A DNA stretch of 64,000 nucleotides from Gemmatimonadaceae bacterium (GTDB taxonomy: Bacteria > Gemmatimonadota > Gemmatimonadetes > Gemmatimonadales > Gemmatimonadaceae), in the NCBI GenBank assembly GCA_045803545.1, contig JBJMOW010000002.1, forward strand, positions 352,001 to 416,000. The letters are read 5' to 3'. Position 1 is the first letter of the stretch, and each line of letters starts with the position of its first letter. The position numbers and the translations under genes are program-made. Shown in pieces: positions 47,455-56,631 of the stretch. A model generated the notes under the pieces. The model saw nothing but the letters and a program-made list of their open reading frames with translations. It did no database searches and was not told where the DNA came from.

Positions 47455-48548
47455 TCGAGCTTGCCACAAACTCTGACGCAACGACGGTTCTCGTCGTCGA
47501 TGACAGCGCCTTCATGCGGAAGCTGATCGCCGAGCTGGTCGAAGCGAGTGGGCCATTCCGCGTAATTGGAACCGCATCGGATGGTGTCGAAGCCCTCCAG
47601 AAGGTGCGCATTCTCAAGCCGCAGATCGTCACGCTTGATATCGAGATGCCGCGCCTCAATGGCTTGCAAGCCCTCGAGCAGATCATGGCAGAGATGCCGC
47701 GCCCAGTGGTGATGCTCAGCGCCGCTGGTTCCGATCTCGGCAACGAGATGACGCTGCGCGCTCTGGAGCGGGGCGCGCTCGAATTCGTGCGCAAGCCTTC
47801 CGGACCCGTCAGCATTGATCTCTCGAAAGTACGCGAGCAACTGCGCTCAGCCCTCGAGGCCGCGCGAGCGGTGAACATGCAAAGCGTGACGACCGCGCCA
47901 CCGTCCACGCCGCCACCCCCGACCGTCGCCGAAGCGCCGTCGCCCGATGCTGCGACCCGCGTTATCGCGATCGCATCGTCGACAGGCGGACCACGTGCGC
48001 TCGCCGAGATCATTCCGCGACTTCCAGCAGAGTTGGGAGCGGCTGTAATCATCGTCCAGCACATGCCCCACGAGTTCACGAAGCTGCTGGCGTCGCGACT
48101 CAACGCGTTGAGTCAACTCTGGGTTGGCGAAGCGATCTCGGGGAAAACTCTTCGCGAGAATCGTGTCTATGTCGCGCCGGGAGGCCAGCACATGCGACTT
48201 CGCGGCTCGCCGGGAACTGCGACGATCGAGCTGGATAACACATCTCCGATGTGGGGCGTGCGTCCGGCCGCGGATCCGCTTTTTTTCTCGGTCGCCGAGT
48301 CGTTCGGCAGTTCCGCCGTCGGGATCGTGCTGACCGGGATGGGACGAGACGGCGCGGAGGGACTCAAGCGCATCCGCGACGCAGGCGGAGCTGCGATCGT
48401 GCAGGATCGTGAGAGCTCCTTGATTTACGGAATGCCACAGGCGGCGTTTGCCGCAGCCGGGGCAGATAGCGTCGCGACTATAGAAGAAATGGCGCCGACG
48501 ATCGTGAAGTTGTTATCAACCAAAGTGAGAAAAAAACAACATGCGTAG
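47451..48548 (+). CDS. cheB: Chemotaxis methylesterase CheB (REC + esterase)
   Basis: VVDDSAFMR, TLDIEMP, ASSTGGP, VQHMP, RPAAD, LTGMGRDGA. Confidence 0.96.
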   Translation: MIELATNSDATTVLVVDDSAFMRKLIAELVEASGPFRVIGTASDGVEALQKVRILKPQIVTLDIEMPRLNGLQALEQIMAEMPRPVVMLSAAGSDLGNEMTLRALERGALEFVRKPSGPVSIDLSKVREQLRSALEAARAVNMQSVTTAPPSTPPPPTVAEAPSPDAATRVIAIASSTGGPRALAEIIPRLPAELGAAVIIVQHMPHEFTKLLASRLNALSQLWVGEAISGKTLRENRVYVAPGGQHMRLRGSPGTATIELDNTSPMWGVRPAADPLFFSVAESFGSSAVGIVLTGMGRDGAEGLKRIRDAGGAAIVQDRESSLIYGMPQAAFAAAGADSVATIEEMAPTIVKLLSTKVRKKQHA

Positions 48549-49671
48549 AATGCTGGTTACGGGCGCTGCCGGGTTCATCGGCAGCAACTTCGTTCAGTGG
48601 TGGGTCGAGCATCATCCCGGCGACATCGTTGTCGGGTATGATTCGCTGACTTACGCTGGCAACCTGGCCAGCCTCGAGCCGGTCGCGAAGAACAAGCAGT
48701 TCAGCTTTGTGAAAGGTGATATTCGGGATGGCGACGGGGTGCGGGAGATCCTGAAGCGCGATGGCATCGACACAATCGTCCATTTCGCCGCTGAATCACA
48801 CGTCGATCGATCCATTCGGGGTCCTGATCCGTTCATCGAGACCAACGTCGTGGGGACCCACGCGCTCTTGAAGGCCGCCCGCGATGTGTGGGGAGAGGAC
48901 TGGTCGGGCGGTGCTCGTCGCTTCCACCATATCTCGACGGACGAAGTGTACGGGTCGCTGGCTCCGACAGGGGCGCCGTTCACTGAAGACACGCCCTACG
49001 CGCCCAATTCGCCATATGCGGCGAGCAAAGCTGCCTCGGATCACCTCGTTCGGGCGTATCACCACACCTATGGGCTGCCGGTAACGACCACGAACACGTC
49101 GAATAACTACGGCCCTTACCACTTTCCGGAAAAGTTGATCCCGTTGGCGATCGTGAACGCGCTCGACGGCAAACAAATCCCGGTCTACGGCGATGGTTTG
49201 CAGATCCGCGACTGGCTATACGTCCGCGACCATTGTCGCGGGATCGAGAGAGTTCTGGAGAAGGGACGTATCGGCGAGACGTACAATCTCGGCGGCAACG
49301 CCGAGCGTAAGAACATCGAAGTAGTGAAGTCGATCTGCGCCCACATCAACAAGATCTTTGGCGCCGATCCAAAGATCGGCGAGCGGTTTTCCAAGTGTCC
49401 AGCGGCCACCGGCGGCGACGCGGGCGAGCTGATCAAATTCGTCAAGGATCGGCCGGGGCACGACCGGCGCTACGCTATCGACGCGATGAAGGCGACTCTG
49501 GAGACGGGGTACGGGCCGTCGGAATCATTCGAGACCGGCCTGTTGAAAACCATCAATTGGTACATCGCCAACGAAAAGTGGTGGCGCGCAGTGATGGACG
49601 GCAGCTATCGCGACTGGATCGAGCTCCACTACGCCGACAAGCCGCGCACTTCCAGAAAGACCACGGCGTAG
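48541..49671 (+). CDS. rfbB: dTDP-glucose 4,6-dehydratase
   Basis: TGAAGFIG, HFAAESHVDRSI, ISTDEVYG, PYAASKA, DRPGHDRRYA. Confidence 0.95.
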   Translation: MRRMLVTGAAGFIGSNFVQWWVEHHPGDIVVGYDSLTYAGNLASLEPVAKNKQFSFVKGDIRDGDGVREILKRDGIDTIVHFAAESHVDRSIRGPDPFIETNVVGTHALLKAARDVWGEDWSGGARRFHHISTDEVYGSLAPTGAPFTEDTPYAPNSPYAASKAASDHLVRAYHHTYGLPVTTTNTSNNYGPYHFPEKLIPLAIVNALDGKQIPVYGDGLQIRDWLYVRDHCRGIERVLEKGRIGETYNLGGNAERKNIEVVKSICAHINKIFGADPKIGERFSKCPAATGGDAGELIKFVKDRPGHDRRYAIDAMKATLETGYGPSESFETGLLKTINWYIANEKWWRAVMDGSYRDWIELHYADKPRTSRKTTA

Positions 49672-49707
49672 GGAGTCTTTCTCGCGGGGAGCGTTGAGCG
49701 TTTCGGG

Positions 49708-49736
49708 TTGACACGCATTTCATCCAGCCCTACACT
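49708..49736 (+). promoter_or_regulatory. Sigma70-type promoter upstream of small ORF and tRNA-Val
   Basis: TTGACA-N17-TACACT. Confidence 0.82.
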
Positions 49737-49745
49737 ACCTCGCTT

Positions 49746-49943
49746 ATGGCCAAGAATGATTTGGGCTCCGGCCCGCGCGTTGGCAGCGAGCCGGGCTCAC
49801 GCCGGGGCTGGTTGTATTGGACGATTGCGACAGTTGTGTTGCTCGCCGGCTTCGCAGACCTCGCTCGAGGTGGCGAGACCCTGGCGCCAATTCTCCTGGT
49901 TATCGGCTACTGTGTGCTCGTACCGCTGGCCATTCTCAGGTGA
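49746..49943 (+). CDS. Small two-TM membrane protein (65 aa)
   Basis: Two hydrophobic segments; TLAPILLVIGYCVLVPLAIL C-terminus. Confidence 0.7.
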   Translation: MAKNDLGSGPRVGSEPGSRRGWLYWTIATVVLLAGFADLARGGETLAPILLVIGYCVLVPLAILR

Positions 49944-49967
49944 CCGGATCGGCTCGTTTTCTGCACC

Positions 49968-50041
49968 GGGCGAGTAGCTCAGTTGGTTAGAGCGCCTGCC
50001 TTACACGCAGGAAGTCGGGGGTTCGAGTCCCTCCTCGCCCA
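49968..50041 (+). tRNA. tRNA-Val(TAC), CCA not encoded
   Basis: Acceptor stem GGGCGAG/CTCGCCC, D-arm TAGCTCAGTTGGTTAGAGC, anticodon arm CCTGC-CTTACAC-GCAGG, T-loop GTTCGAGTC. Confidence 0.97.
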
Positions 50042-50111
50042 CTTAAACCACACGAGGACCCACAGATGACAGGTGGGGTACAGAATGTTTACTGATTGGG
50101 AGGTTACACCA

Positions 50112-51878
50112 TTGAAGGCCCGTCTACGTCTTCCAAGTCTCGTTCTAGCCTTTGCCGTGGTCGCAGCACCGCCGCTCCTCGCCCAGAACCAAAAGACTGG
50201 CGACAGAGTAATGGTCCCGACGCTGCAGAGCGCGGACAAGGATCTCGGTGTCCAGGCAGCTGAAGCGATTCGCAATCAGCTAACCAAGCAAACCAACCTT
50301 CGTGAGCTCGTCGTGGTTCCGAAGGCCGACATAAACAACAGCCTCCAGTCCTCCGGATACTCGACTACGGAAGCGCTCGCGCCCGGGGATGCAAAAGCGC
50401 TCGCCACACTGGTGCGCGCCCCGCAGTATCTCGAAGGCAACGTTTCCAAGACGCCGACTGGCTTCAAAATCGAGTCGCGACTCATCATTTCACGCGACAT
50501 GACGAAAGCCCAGGTTTTGCCGGTTGCACAGGGCGCCAAGCTGGACGATGCCGCGAACCAGGTCGCAAAGGCGATCAAGGATGCTCGTCGTCAGCTGCCG
50601 GATGAAGAGACCTGCCACAACAACTTCGCTCAGGGCAAGTATCAGGATGCGGTTAATGGCGCGCGTGCCGCGCTGGCGAGGAATGGCGGCGCCAACATCC
50701 TGGCGATGTGCCTCGCTGAATCGTACGACAGACTTCACCAGCCCGACTCCGCGATTGCTGTCGCAGAGAGGGTGCGCGCGACTGATCCGCGTAGCATCCC
50801 AGCTCTCAGGCTGCTTGCGACGACCTACCGTTCGATGATCGATTCTCCTCGGCCAGGCGTCACGCCAGCAGAATTGAGCCAGGACACCACCAGACTGCTG
50901 CAATCTCTCGCGGCGATGGCCGCAGCGGATCCGACCAACATCAAGTTGGTTCAGGACGTAATCAACACCTATCCGCAGCTCCACCGGCCGAAGGACGCAA
51001 TTCCACTCGTGCGCGATCTGCTCCAGAACAATCCAGGCGACCCAGCGTTGCTCAATCAGGCGTGGCTGGTTTACCTGAACGCGGGCAATTCCACGCTGAT
51101 GAGTGCGCGAACCCAGGCCGACACAACCGAGGCACGTGGCATGTTCCAGAGCGCGGTTGACGTCGGTACCGAGATGGCCCGGGTGGACACCGCTCAGGCG
51201 ACGATAGACTACTACCGGCGTTTGATGGCCGCTTATTCCGCGCTGCAGCAGCCGCAGAAAGCCTCTGAGGTCGCAGCGCTCGCTACCAGGAGATTCCCGA
51301 ACGACCCCACGCTCAGCGTCCTCAACGCGAACAACCTGTACAAGAGCGGGCAACTCCAGCTGGCGTTGGATGCGGTGAACAAGATTCTCGCGGCTGACCC
51401 CAAGAACGCGAACGGGTACTTCCTCAAGGCGCAGATCCAAGCCGGCTTGAACCAGAACGACGAGCTTGAAAAAACACTGCAGACCGCGAGGACCAACGGA
51501 GTTGATCCAGGTGCTCTGTCGCAACTCGCGCTCAAGGCGGGTAGCGATGCGTACAAGGCTGGCCAGGCGTCGAAGGATATTGCTGACTTCCAGCGCGCGA
51601 TTCGATTCCTGCAGCTCTCCGATCAGCTTCAGACCTCGGCCGACGCCAAGTTTCTGCTCGGGGCCAGCGCTTTCTCGGTTGGACAGACTGCAACTATCTC
51701 AGCTAACGACAAGAGAAGCTGCGAGCTCGCTCGTACCGCTCGTGACGCGTTCAACCTCGCGTCGATTAACCTGCCGGCGGGTGGGCAGAAGTATCCGAAC
51801 GAAGCCGCTCAGCTGCTGACGGCGATCCCACAGTTCACGCCGGCCGTCGACAACGAGGTGAAGCGCTTCTGTAAGTGA
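50112..51878 (+). CDS. Exported TPR-like protein
   Basis: GGGAGG SD then TTG; signal peptide (..VVAAPPLLA/Q); alpha/beta N-domain followed by helical TPR-like repeats. Confidence 0.8.
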   Translation: MKARLRLPSLVLAFAVVAAPPLLAQNQKTGDRVMVPTLQSADKDLGVQAAEAIRNQLTKQTNLRELVVVPKADINNSLQSSGYSTTEALAPGDAKALATLVRAPQYLEGNVSKTPTGFKIESRLIISRDMTKAQVLPVAQGAKLDDAANQVAKAIKDARRQLPDEETCHNNFAQGKYQDAVNGARAALARNGGANILAMCLAESYDRLHQPDSAIAVAERVRATDPRSIPALRLLATTYRSMIDSPRPGVTPAELSQDTTRLLQSLAAMAAADPTNIKLVQDVINTYPQLHRPKDAIPLVRDLLQNNPGDPALLNQAWLVYLNAGNSTLMSARTQADTTEARGMFQSAVDVGTEMARVDTAQATIDYYRRLMAAYSALQQPQKASEVAALATRRFPNDPTLSVLNANNLYKSGQLQLALDAVNKILAADPKNANGYFLKAQIQAGLNQNDELEKTLQTARTNGVDPGALSQLALKAGSDAYKAGQASKDIADFQRAIRFLQLSDQLQTSADAKFLLGASAFSVGQTATISANDKRSCELARTARDAFNLASINLPAGGQKYPNEAAQLLTAIPQFTPAVDNEVKRFCK

Positions 51879-52828
51879 TCGCCTCCGATGCCGTGACTGG
51901 CCCGTGGGATTCATCGTACCACGCGCCGGTCATGGTCGAGGAGGTTCTGAATCTCCTCGAAGGCACCAAAGAGATCCTGGACTGCACGTTGGGCGGTGGT
52001 GGCCACAGCGAAGCATTTCTCGCAGCAGGCGCTGATGTCACCGCTCTCGATCAGGATCAGGCGGCAATCGATGAAGCACGAATGCGGCTCGCAGCCTACG
52101 AGGCAGCGGGCCGCTTTCGTGCTTTGAGAGGCAATTTCAGCGACATCGACCAGTTGCCCGAGCTCCAGCATCGCCAGTTTCAGGGGATTCTCGCCGACCT
52201 CGGCGTTTCCTCACACCAGATCGACGCCGACGATCGGGGATTCTCGTTTCGCCCGGGTGCGTTACTCGACATGAGGATGGACAGTCGCTCTACTACCACC
52301 GGCGCCGATTTACTCAACACTCTCGATGAAGCAGCACTCACCCGACTTTTTCGCGAATATGGCGATGAGCCGCGCGCGAGCCGTCTCGCGCGCGAGGTTG
52401 TGCGCCGTCGCGCAAATCGACCGATGAGAGTGAGTGATGATCTTGTCGATGCGATTCGCGGGTCGTTTGGACCGCGCAGCGGGCCTTCCGATTTCGCGCG
52501 ACTATTTCAGGCCGTGCGGATCGCCGTCAACGACGAGCTCGGCGCTCTGGAGCGCGCGTTGCCGCTGCTGCGCAATCGTCTGGCGCCAAACGGGCTGATG
52601 GCAGTGATCGCTTACCATTCTGGCGAAGATCGCATCGTCAAGAACGCCTTCCGCGAATGGAGCCGGGATTGTGTCTGCCCCCCCAAGCACCTGCAATGCA
52701 CGTGCGGTGGCAAGAATTCGCTTGGACTGGTGGTGACGCGCAAGGCAATCAAGGCTGGCGCGGAAGAAATCGAAAAGAACTCACGCTCGCGCAGCGCGAG
52801 ATTGCGGGTATGGCGAAGGGCGGCGTAG
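51875..52828 (+). CDS. rsmH: 16S rRNA m4C1402 methyltransferase
   Basis: HAPVM, DCTLGGGGHS, DLGVSS.Q, LDMRM, FQAVRIAVN, YHSGED, RSRSARLR. Confidence 0.96.
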   Translation: MIASDAVTGPWDSSYHAPVMVEEVLNLLEGTKEILDCTLGGGGHSEAFLAAGADVTALDQDQAAIDEARMRLAAYEAAGRFRALRGNFSDIDQLPELQHRQFQGILADLGVSSHQIDADDRGFSFRPGALLDMRMDSRSTTTGADLLNTLDEAALTRLFREYGDEPRASRLAREVVRRRANRPMRVSDDLVDAIRGSFGPRSGPSDFARLFQAVRIAVNDELGALERALPLLRNRLAPNGLMAVIAYHSGEDRIVKNAFREWSRDCVCPPKHLQCTCGGKNSLGLVVTRKAIKAGAEEIEKNSRSRSARLRVWRRAA

Positions 52829-53118
52829 GCATGCGCGGTAGAAGTCTGATTGGCCTGCTCCTCGCCGCGTTTTTGGTTGTCGCGCTCTCGATCGTCTGGC
52901 GCCGCACCGTCGGCATCAAGCAGTCCGAGAGCTTGGCGGCCCTCGACGCGAAGAAATCGCAACTGGAGAGCGAGCGCGCGCGACTCGAAGGCGAGATCCG
53001 CGACGCTTCAGCGCGCCAGAATCTCGGCACCGTGGTGGAGCAACGGCTCGGCATGCACATCCCGACCGATCGCCAGGTAGTCATCCTTTCGCGCGGCGCC
53101 GAGCATGACAACCCCTAA
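52810..53118 (+). CDS. ftsL: FtsL-like cell division protein
   Basis: Single TM plus coiled coil plus LGM motif, located between rsmH and ftsI. Confidence 0.75.
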   Translation: MAKGGVGMRGRSLIGLLLAAFLVVALSIVWRRTVGIKQSESLAALDAKKSQLESERARLEGEIRDASARQNLGTVVEQRLGMHIPTDRQVVILSRGAEHDNP

Positions 53119-55135
53119 GCGCGTCGCCGTGATTCAGGGTTTCTTCTTGCTGTTTGCGCTCGCGCTCATCGCGCGTGCCGCAAAGGTGCAAGTCGCTGAC
53201 GGCAGCCAGTGGGTCGCGCGAGCGAAGCGGCAGCACTACGTCGCCACGGCGCAATCTGCGCCGCGAGGCGAAATTCTCGATGCGAGCGGCAATACGCTGG
53301 TGGAAAGCCAGGAGCTGACCCGGGTCGCCGTGGCGCTGCCGGAGATTCGCGACACCGCTTTCGTTGTCAGGGCGCTCCGGAAGGCGAAAGTGGACGCAGA
53401 CGTGCTCCACGCCGCCATCTCACGTCGGCGCCGCTGGATCGAGCTGCCCGGGCTTTATTCCGCTTCTGATGTCGCCTCGCTTTCAGGACTGAGCGGAATA
53501 CATCTCACTCCTGTGTTGCAGCGGGTGTATGCGAAGTCCGTCGGAATCCAGCGCATCGTCGGCGCGCTGGATACTCGTGGGAACCCCGTCACCGGACTCG
53601 AGCTCGCGCTCGACACGGTTTTGCGCGGCGATTCCGGTCGTGTGCGATTGGCCCGCGACAAGAATGGCCGCCCGCTCGATACGCCGGATGGCTGGGCCGA
53701 TGACGCGAAGGCCGGATCGACAGTTACTCTCACCATCAACAACGCTCTGCAGGACATTGCCGAGCGCCAGGTGGCGATCGCCGTCGACGATCTGCACGCT
53801 ATGGGCGGTGACATCGTGATCATGAATCCTCACACCGGCGAGATTCTGGCGCTGGCAAGTCGAAGGGTTGGAACCTCGTCGCTCGCCAACACCGCGGTCA
53901 CCGAGCCGTTCGAGCCCGGATCCACGCTCAAGCCTTTCGTCGCTGCAAGGCTGCTAGAGACGGGTCGCGCCAAGCCCAGCGATATCGTCAGCACCTACAA
54001 TGGTCAACTCGAGCTCGATGGACGCGTCATCACCGATACGCACAAGGCCGCGCAGCTGTCGTTGGCCGACGTCATTCGCTTTTCCAGCAACATCGGCATC
54101 GTCGAGTTCGGTCAGCGCCTGACGCCCGCGCAGAAGTATGAGATGTTCCGTGACCTTGGATTCGGGATGCCGCTCGGCGTTCCGCTACCCGCTGAGTCTC
54201 CCGGGACTTTGCGCGAGCCGAAAACGTGGTCCAGGCAAACACCAGCGTCAATTCTGATGGGCTACGAGATCGCGGTGACGCCGCTGCAGCTCGTAACGGC
54301 CTACGCCGCGATCGCCAACGGTGGCGAGTTGCTCGAGCCACATCTCGTGAAGGAGATCCGCAATAGCGACGGAAAGGTTTTGTACAAGGCCGAGCCGCGT
54401 GCAATTCGTCGCGTGATGTCCGGCGAGACAGCACGCACAGTGCAGCAGATGTTGCGCGCCGTGGTTGAAGAAGGAACCGCCACGAAAGCTGATCTTGCTA
54501 CGTTCGAGGTAGCGGGTAAGAGTGGAACCGCGCGACGGACGTCGGAGCATGCCGGCTACACGACCGGCAACTACACTGCGTCGTTCGTGGGACTTTTCCC
54601 GGGCAACGATCCGCAGTATGTGGTCCTGGTAAAACTCGACAGTCCGAAGGGAGCGCATTACGGGGGCGGCGATATCGCGGCGCCTGTAACGCAAGTCGTT
54701 CTGCGTGCTGCGCTCGCCGCGCGCGATGCCGCTCTGGATCGGCGTGACCTGGCGGCATCGGAGAAGACTCCGGTTAAGGATTCCGCTGCATCTTCGACGA
54801 GGGCACGCATTGCCGAAGCACACTCGGACGCTCGGGACACCAGGCAGCACCTAAGCGTGTTCGCGTACGACCCGAACCGCAACGTCGGTCACGCCGATGA
54901 ACCGCCGCCGGTGATCGTCGATCTGCCGTCCACATCGCGCGTGACCACGCCTCCATCTAATCTTCGCGCCGTACCCGATGTGCGCGGCCTCTCCATTCGC
55001 GCAGCGGTGCGCGCCATCCATCAGGCAGGTTTCCGCGTACGTTTGACGGAAGCCGCGGCAACGTATACCCTGCCGGCTGCGGGAGCGATGGCAGCACCTG
55101 GAACCCTGGTCCAACTCGCACATTCACCCGAATGA
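53105..55135 (+). CDS. ftsI: Class B PBP FtsI with C-terminal PASTA domain
   Basis: RGEILD, EPGSTLK (SxxK), SSN, KSGTA, VPDVRGLS. Confidence 0.93.
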   Translation: MTTPKRVAVIQGFFLLFALALIARAAKVQVADGSQWVARAKRQHYVATAQSAPRGEILDASGNTLVESQELTRVAVALPEIRDTAFVVRALRKAKVDADVLHAAISRRRRWIELPGLYSASDVASLSGLSGIHLTPVLQRVYAKSVGIQRIVGALDTRGNPVTGLELALDTVLRGDSGRVRLARDKNGRPLDTPDGWADDAKAGSTVTLTINNALQDIAERQVAIAVDDLHAMGGDIVIMNPHTGEILALASRRVGTSSLANTAVTEPFEPGSTLKPFVAARLLETGRAKPSDIVSTYNGQLELDGRVITDTHKAAQLSLADVIRFSSNIGIVEFGQRLTPAQKYEMFRDLGFGMPLGVPLPAESPGTLREPKTWSRQTPASILMGYEIAVTPLQLVTAYAAIANGGELLEPHLVKEIRNSDGKVLYKAEPRAIRRVMSGETARTVQQMLRAVVEEGTATKADLATFEVAGKSGTARRTSEHAGYTTGNYTASFVGLFPGNDPQYVVLVKLDSPKGAHYGGGDIAAPVTQVVLRAALAARDAALDRRDLAASEKTPVKDSAASSTRARIAEAHSDARDTRQHLSVFAYDPNRNVGHADEPPPVIVDLPSTSRVTTPPSNLRAVPDVRGLSIRAAVRAIHQAGFRVRLTEAAATYTLPAAGAMAAPGTLVQLAHSPE

Positions 55136-56631
55136 CCGCGGATGTCGGAGCAATAAAAACCGCGCTCGCTGAGCACGGTTTGCTGGCCAGTGTGCGTGGT
55201 GAGGTTCCATCGCGTGCAGCCGGGATCACCGACGACAGTCGCCAGGTAAAGCCCGGCTACATCTTCATCGCCATTCGCGGGTCGATCACCGACGGTCACG
55301 ACTTCCTGAAGATCGCGGAGGCGAATGGCGCAACGGCCGCCATTGTCGAAGATCCATCGCGCACCTCGTTGCCGACGATCGCGGTTCGCGAAGGTCGGCG
55401 CGCCGCCGCGGTTGCGGCAGCGAACGTCTATGGCAAACCGGCGAGCACTCTGCGATTTGTTGGTGTCACCGGCACCAATGGAAAGACCACTACCACCTCG
55501 ATCCTGCGTCACATCTTCGATGATGGACGGGGATCGAGCGCTTCGATCGGCACACTGGGCGTTCTCCTTGGAAGCGCGGGCGATGTGCTGCCGGGTGGAA
55601 GTGGACTGACTACGCCAGGCCCGGTGGAGCTGCAGCGCGTTTTGCGCGATCTGGTCGATCGCGGCGTACGCAACGTAGCGATGGAGGTGTCATCGCACAG
55701 CCTGGATCAGCGTCGTATCGAGGGCATCACGTTCGACGTCGTGGTGTTCACCAACCTTACTCGTGACCATCTCGATTATCACGGCACGATGGAGAATTAC
55801 TTCCGGGCCAAGTCGCTGTTGCTCGACTACCTGAAGCCGGAAGGAACCGCCGTCGTCAATGCCGACGCCGCGGAGTGGTCAAGGCTCAAGTTGCCCAGAC
55901 GGTCATTGAGATTCGGCGTTCGCGCCCCGGCAGATTTCCGAGCCGCCAACATTCAATTCGAGCCGCATGGTTCCGAGTGGGATCTCGTCACGGTGGCCGG
56001 TTCGACCCATGTGTCGCTGCCGCTGATTGGCGATGTAAATGTCGAGAACGCGCTGGCCGCGGCGGCGAGCGCATCCGCGCTCGGAATGGAGGTTCAGGCA
56101 ATCGTGCAGCGTCTGAACACTGTCCCGCAGGTCGCCGGTCGGCTCGAAATCATCTCCGCAGATCCGACAGTTCTTCGTGACTATGCGCATACGCCCGACG
56201 CGCTCGAGCGCAGCCTGCGTACCGCGCGAGGCTTCACGCACGGCAAGCTCATCGTCGTTTTCGGCGCAGGAGGCGATCGTGACAAAGGGAAGCGCCCGTT
56301 GATGGGCGAGATAGCCGAACGCGACGCCGATTGCGCTATAGTTACCAGTGACAATCCCCGCACTGAAGACCCTGACGCCATCATCGACGACATTGAAGCA
56401 GGAATGAGACTTTCACATCACGAACGCGTTACCGACCGGCTCAGCGCCATCAAGCGCGCGTTGGAGATAGCAGAACCGAACGACATCGTGTTGCTCGCCG
56501 GCAAAGGGCACGAGACATATCAGATCCGTGGAACCACTTCGTATCCGTTCGACGAGAAGGAGATCGTGCGTCGGTTGGCGGGAGGGGAGCGGCGAGAGGC
56601 GGGAGGCGGAAAGAAGAGGCCGCTGGTATGA
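55132..56631 (+). CDS. murE: MurE (meso-DAP-type ligase)
   Basis: GVTGTNGKTT, MEVSSH, DYAHTPD, DNPR (DAP-specific motif). Confidence 0.96.
   Translation: MTADVGAIKTALAEHGLLASVRGEVPSRAAGITDDSRQVKPGYIFIAIRGSITDGHDFLKIAEANGATAAIVEDPSRTSLPTIAVREGRRAAAVAAANVYGKPASTLRFVGVTGTNGKTTTTSILRHIFDDGRGSSASIGTLGVLLGSAGDVLPGGSGLTTPGPVELQRVLRDLVDRGVRNVAMEVSSHSLDQRRIEGITFDVVVFTNLTRDHLDYHGTMENYFRAKSLLLDYLKPEGTAVVNADAAEWSRLKLPRRSLRFGVRAPADFRAANIQFEPHGSEWDLVTVAGSTHVSLPLIGDVNVENALAAAASASALGMEVQAIVQRLNTVPQVAGRLEIISADPTVLRDYAHTPDALERSLRTARGFTHGKLIVVFGAGGDRDKGKRPLMGEIAERDADCAIVTSDNPRTEDPDAIIDDIEAGMRLSHHERVTDRLSAIKRALEIAEPNDIVLLAGKGHETYQIRGTTSYPFDEKEIVRRLAGGERREAGGGKKRPLV

Noticed and set aside
49968..50110. tRNA-Val as a prophage or island integration site
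   Set aside because: No integrase and no duplicated tRNA 3' end noticed; flanks look like core genes.
50490..51524. 344-aa antisense ORF
   Set aside because: Shadow of the exported TPR protein.
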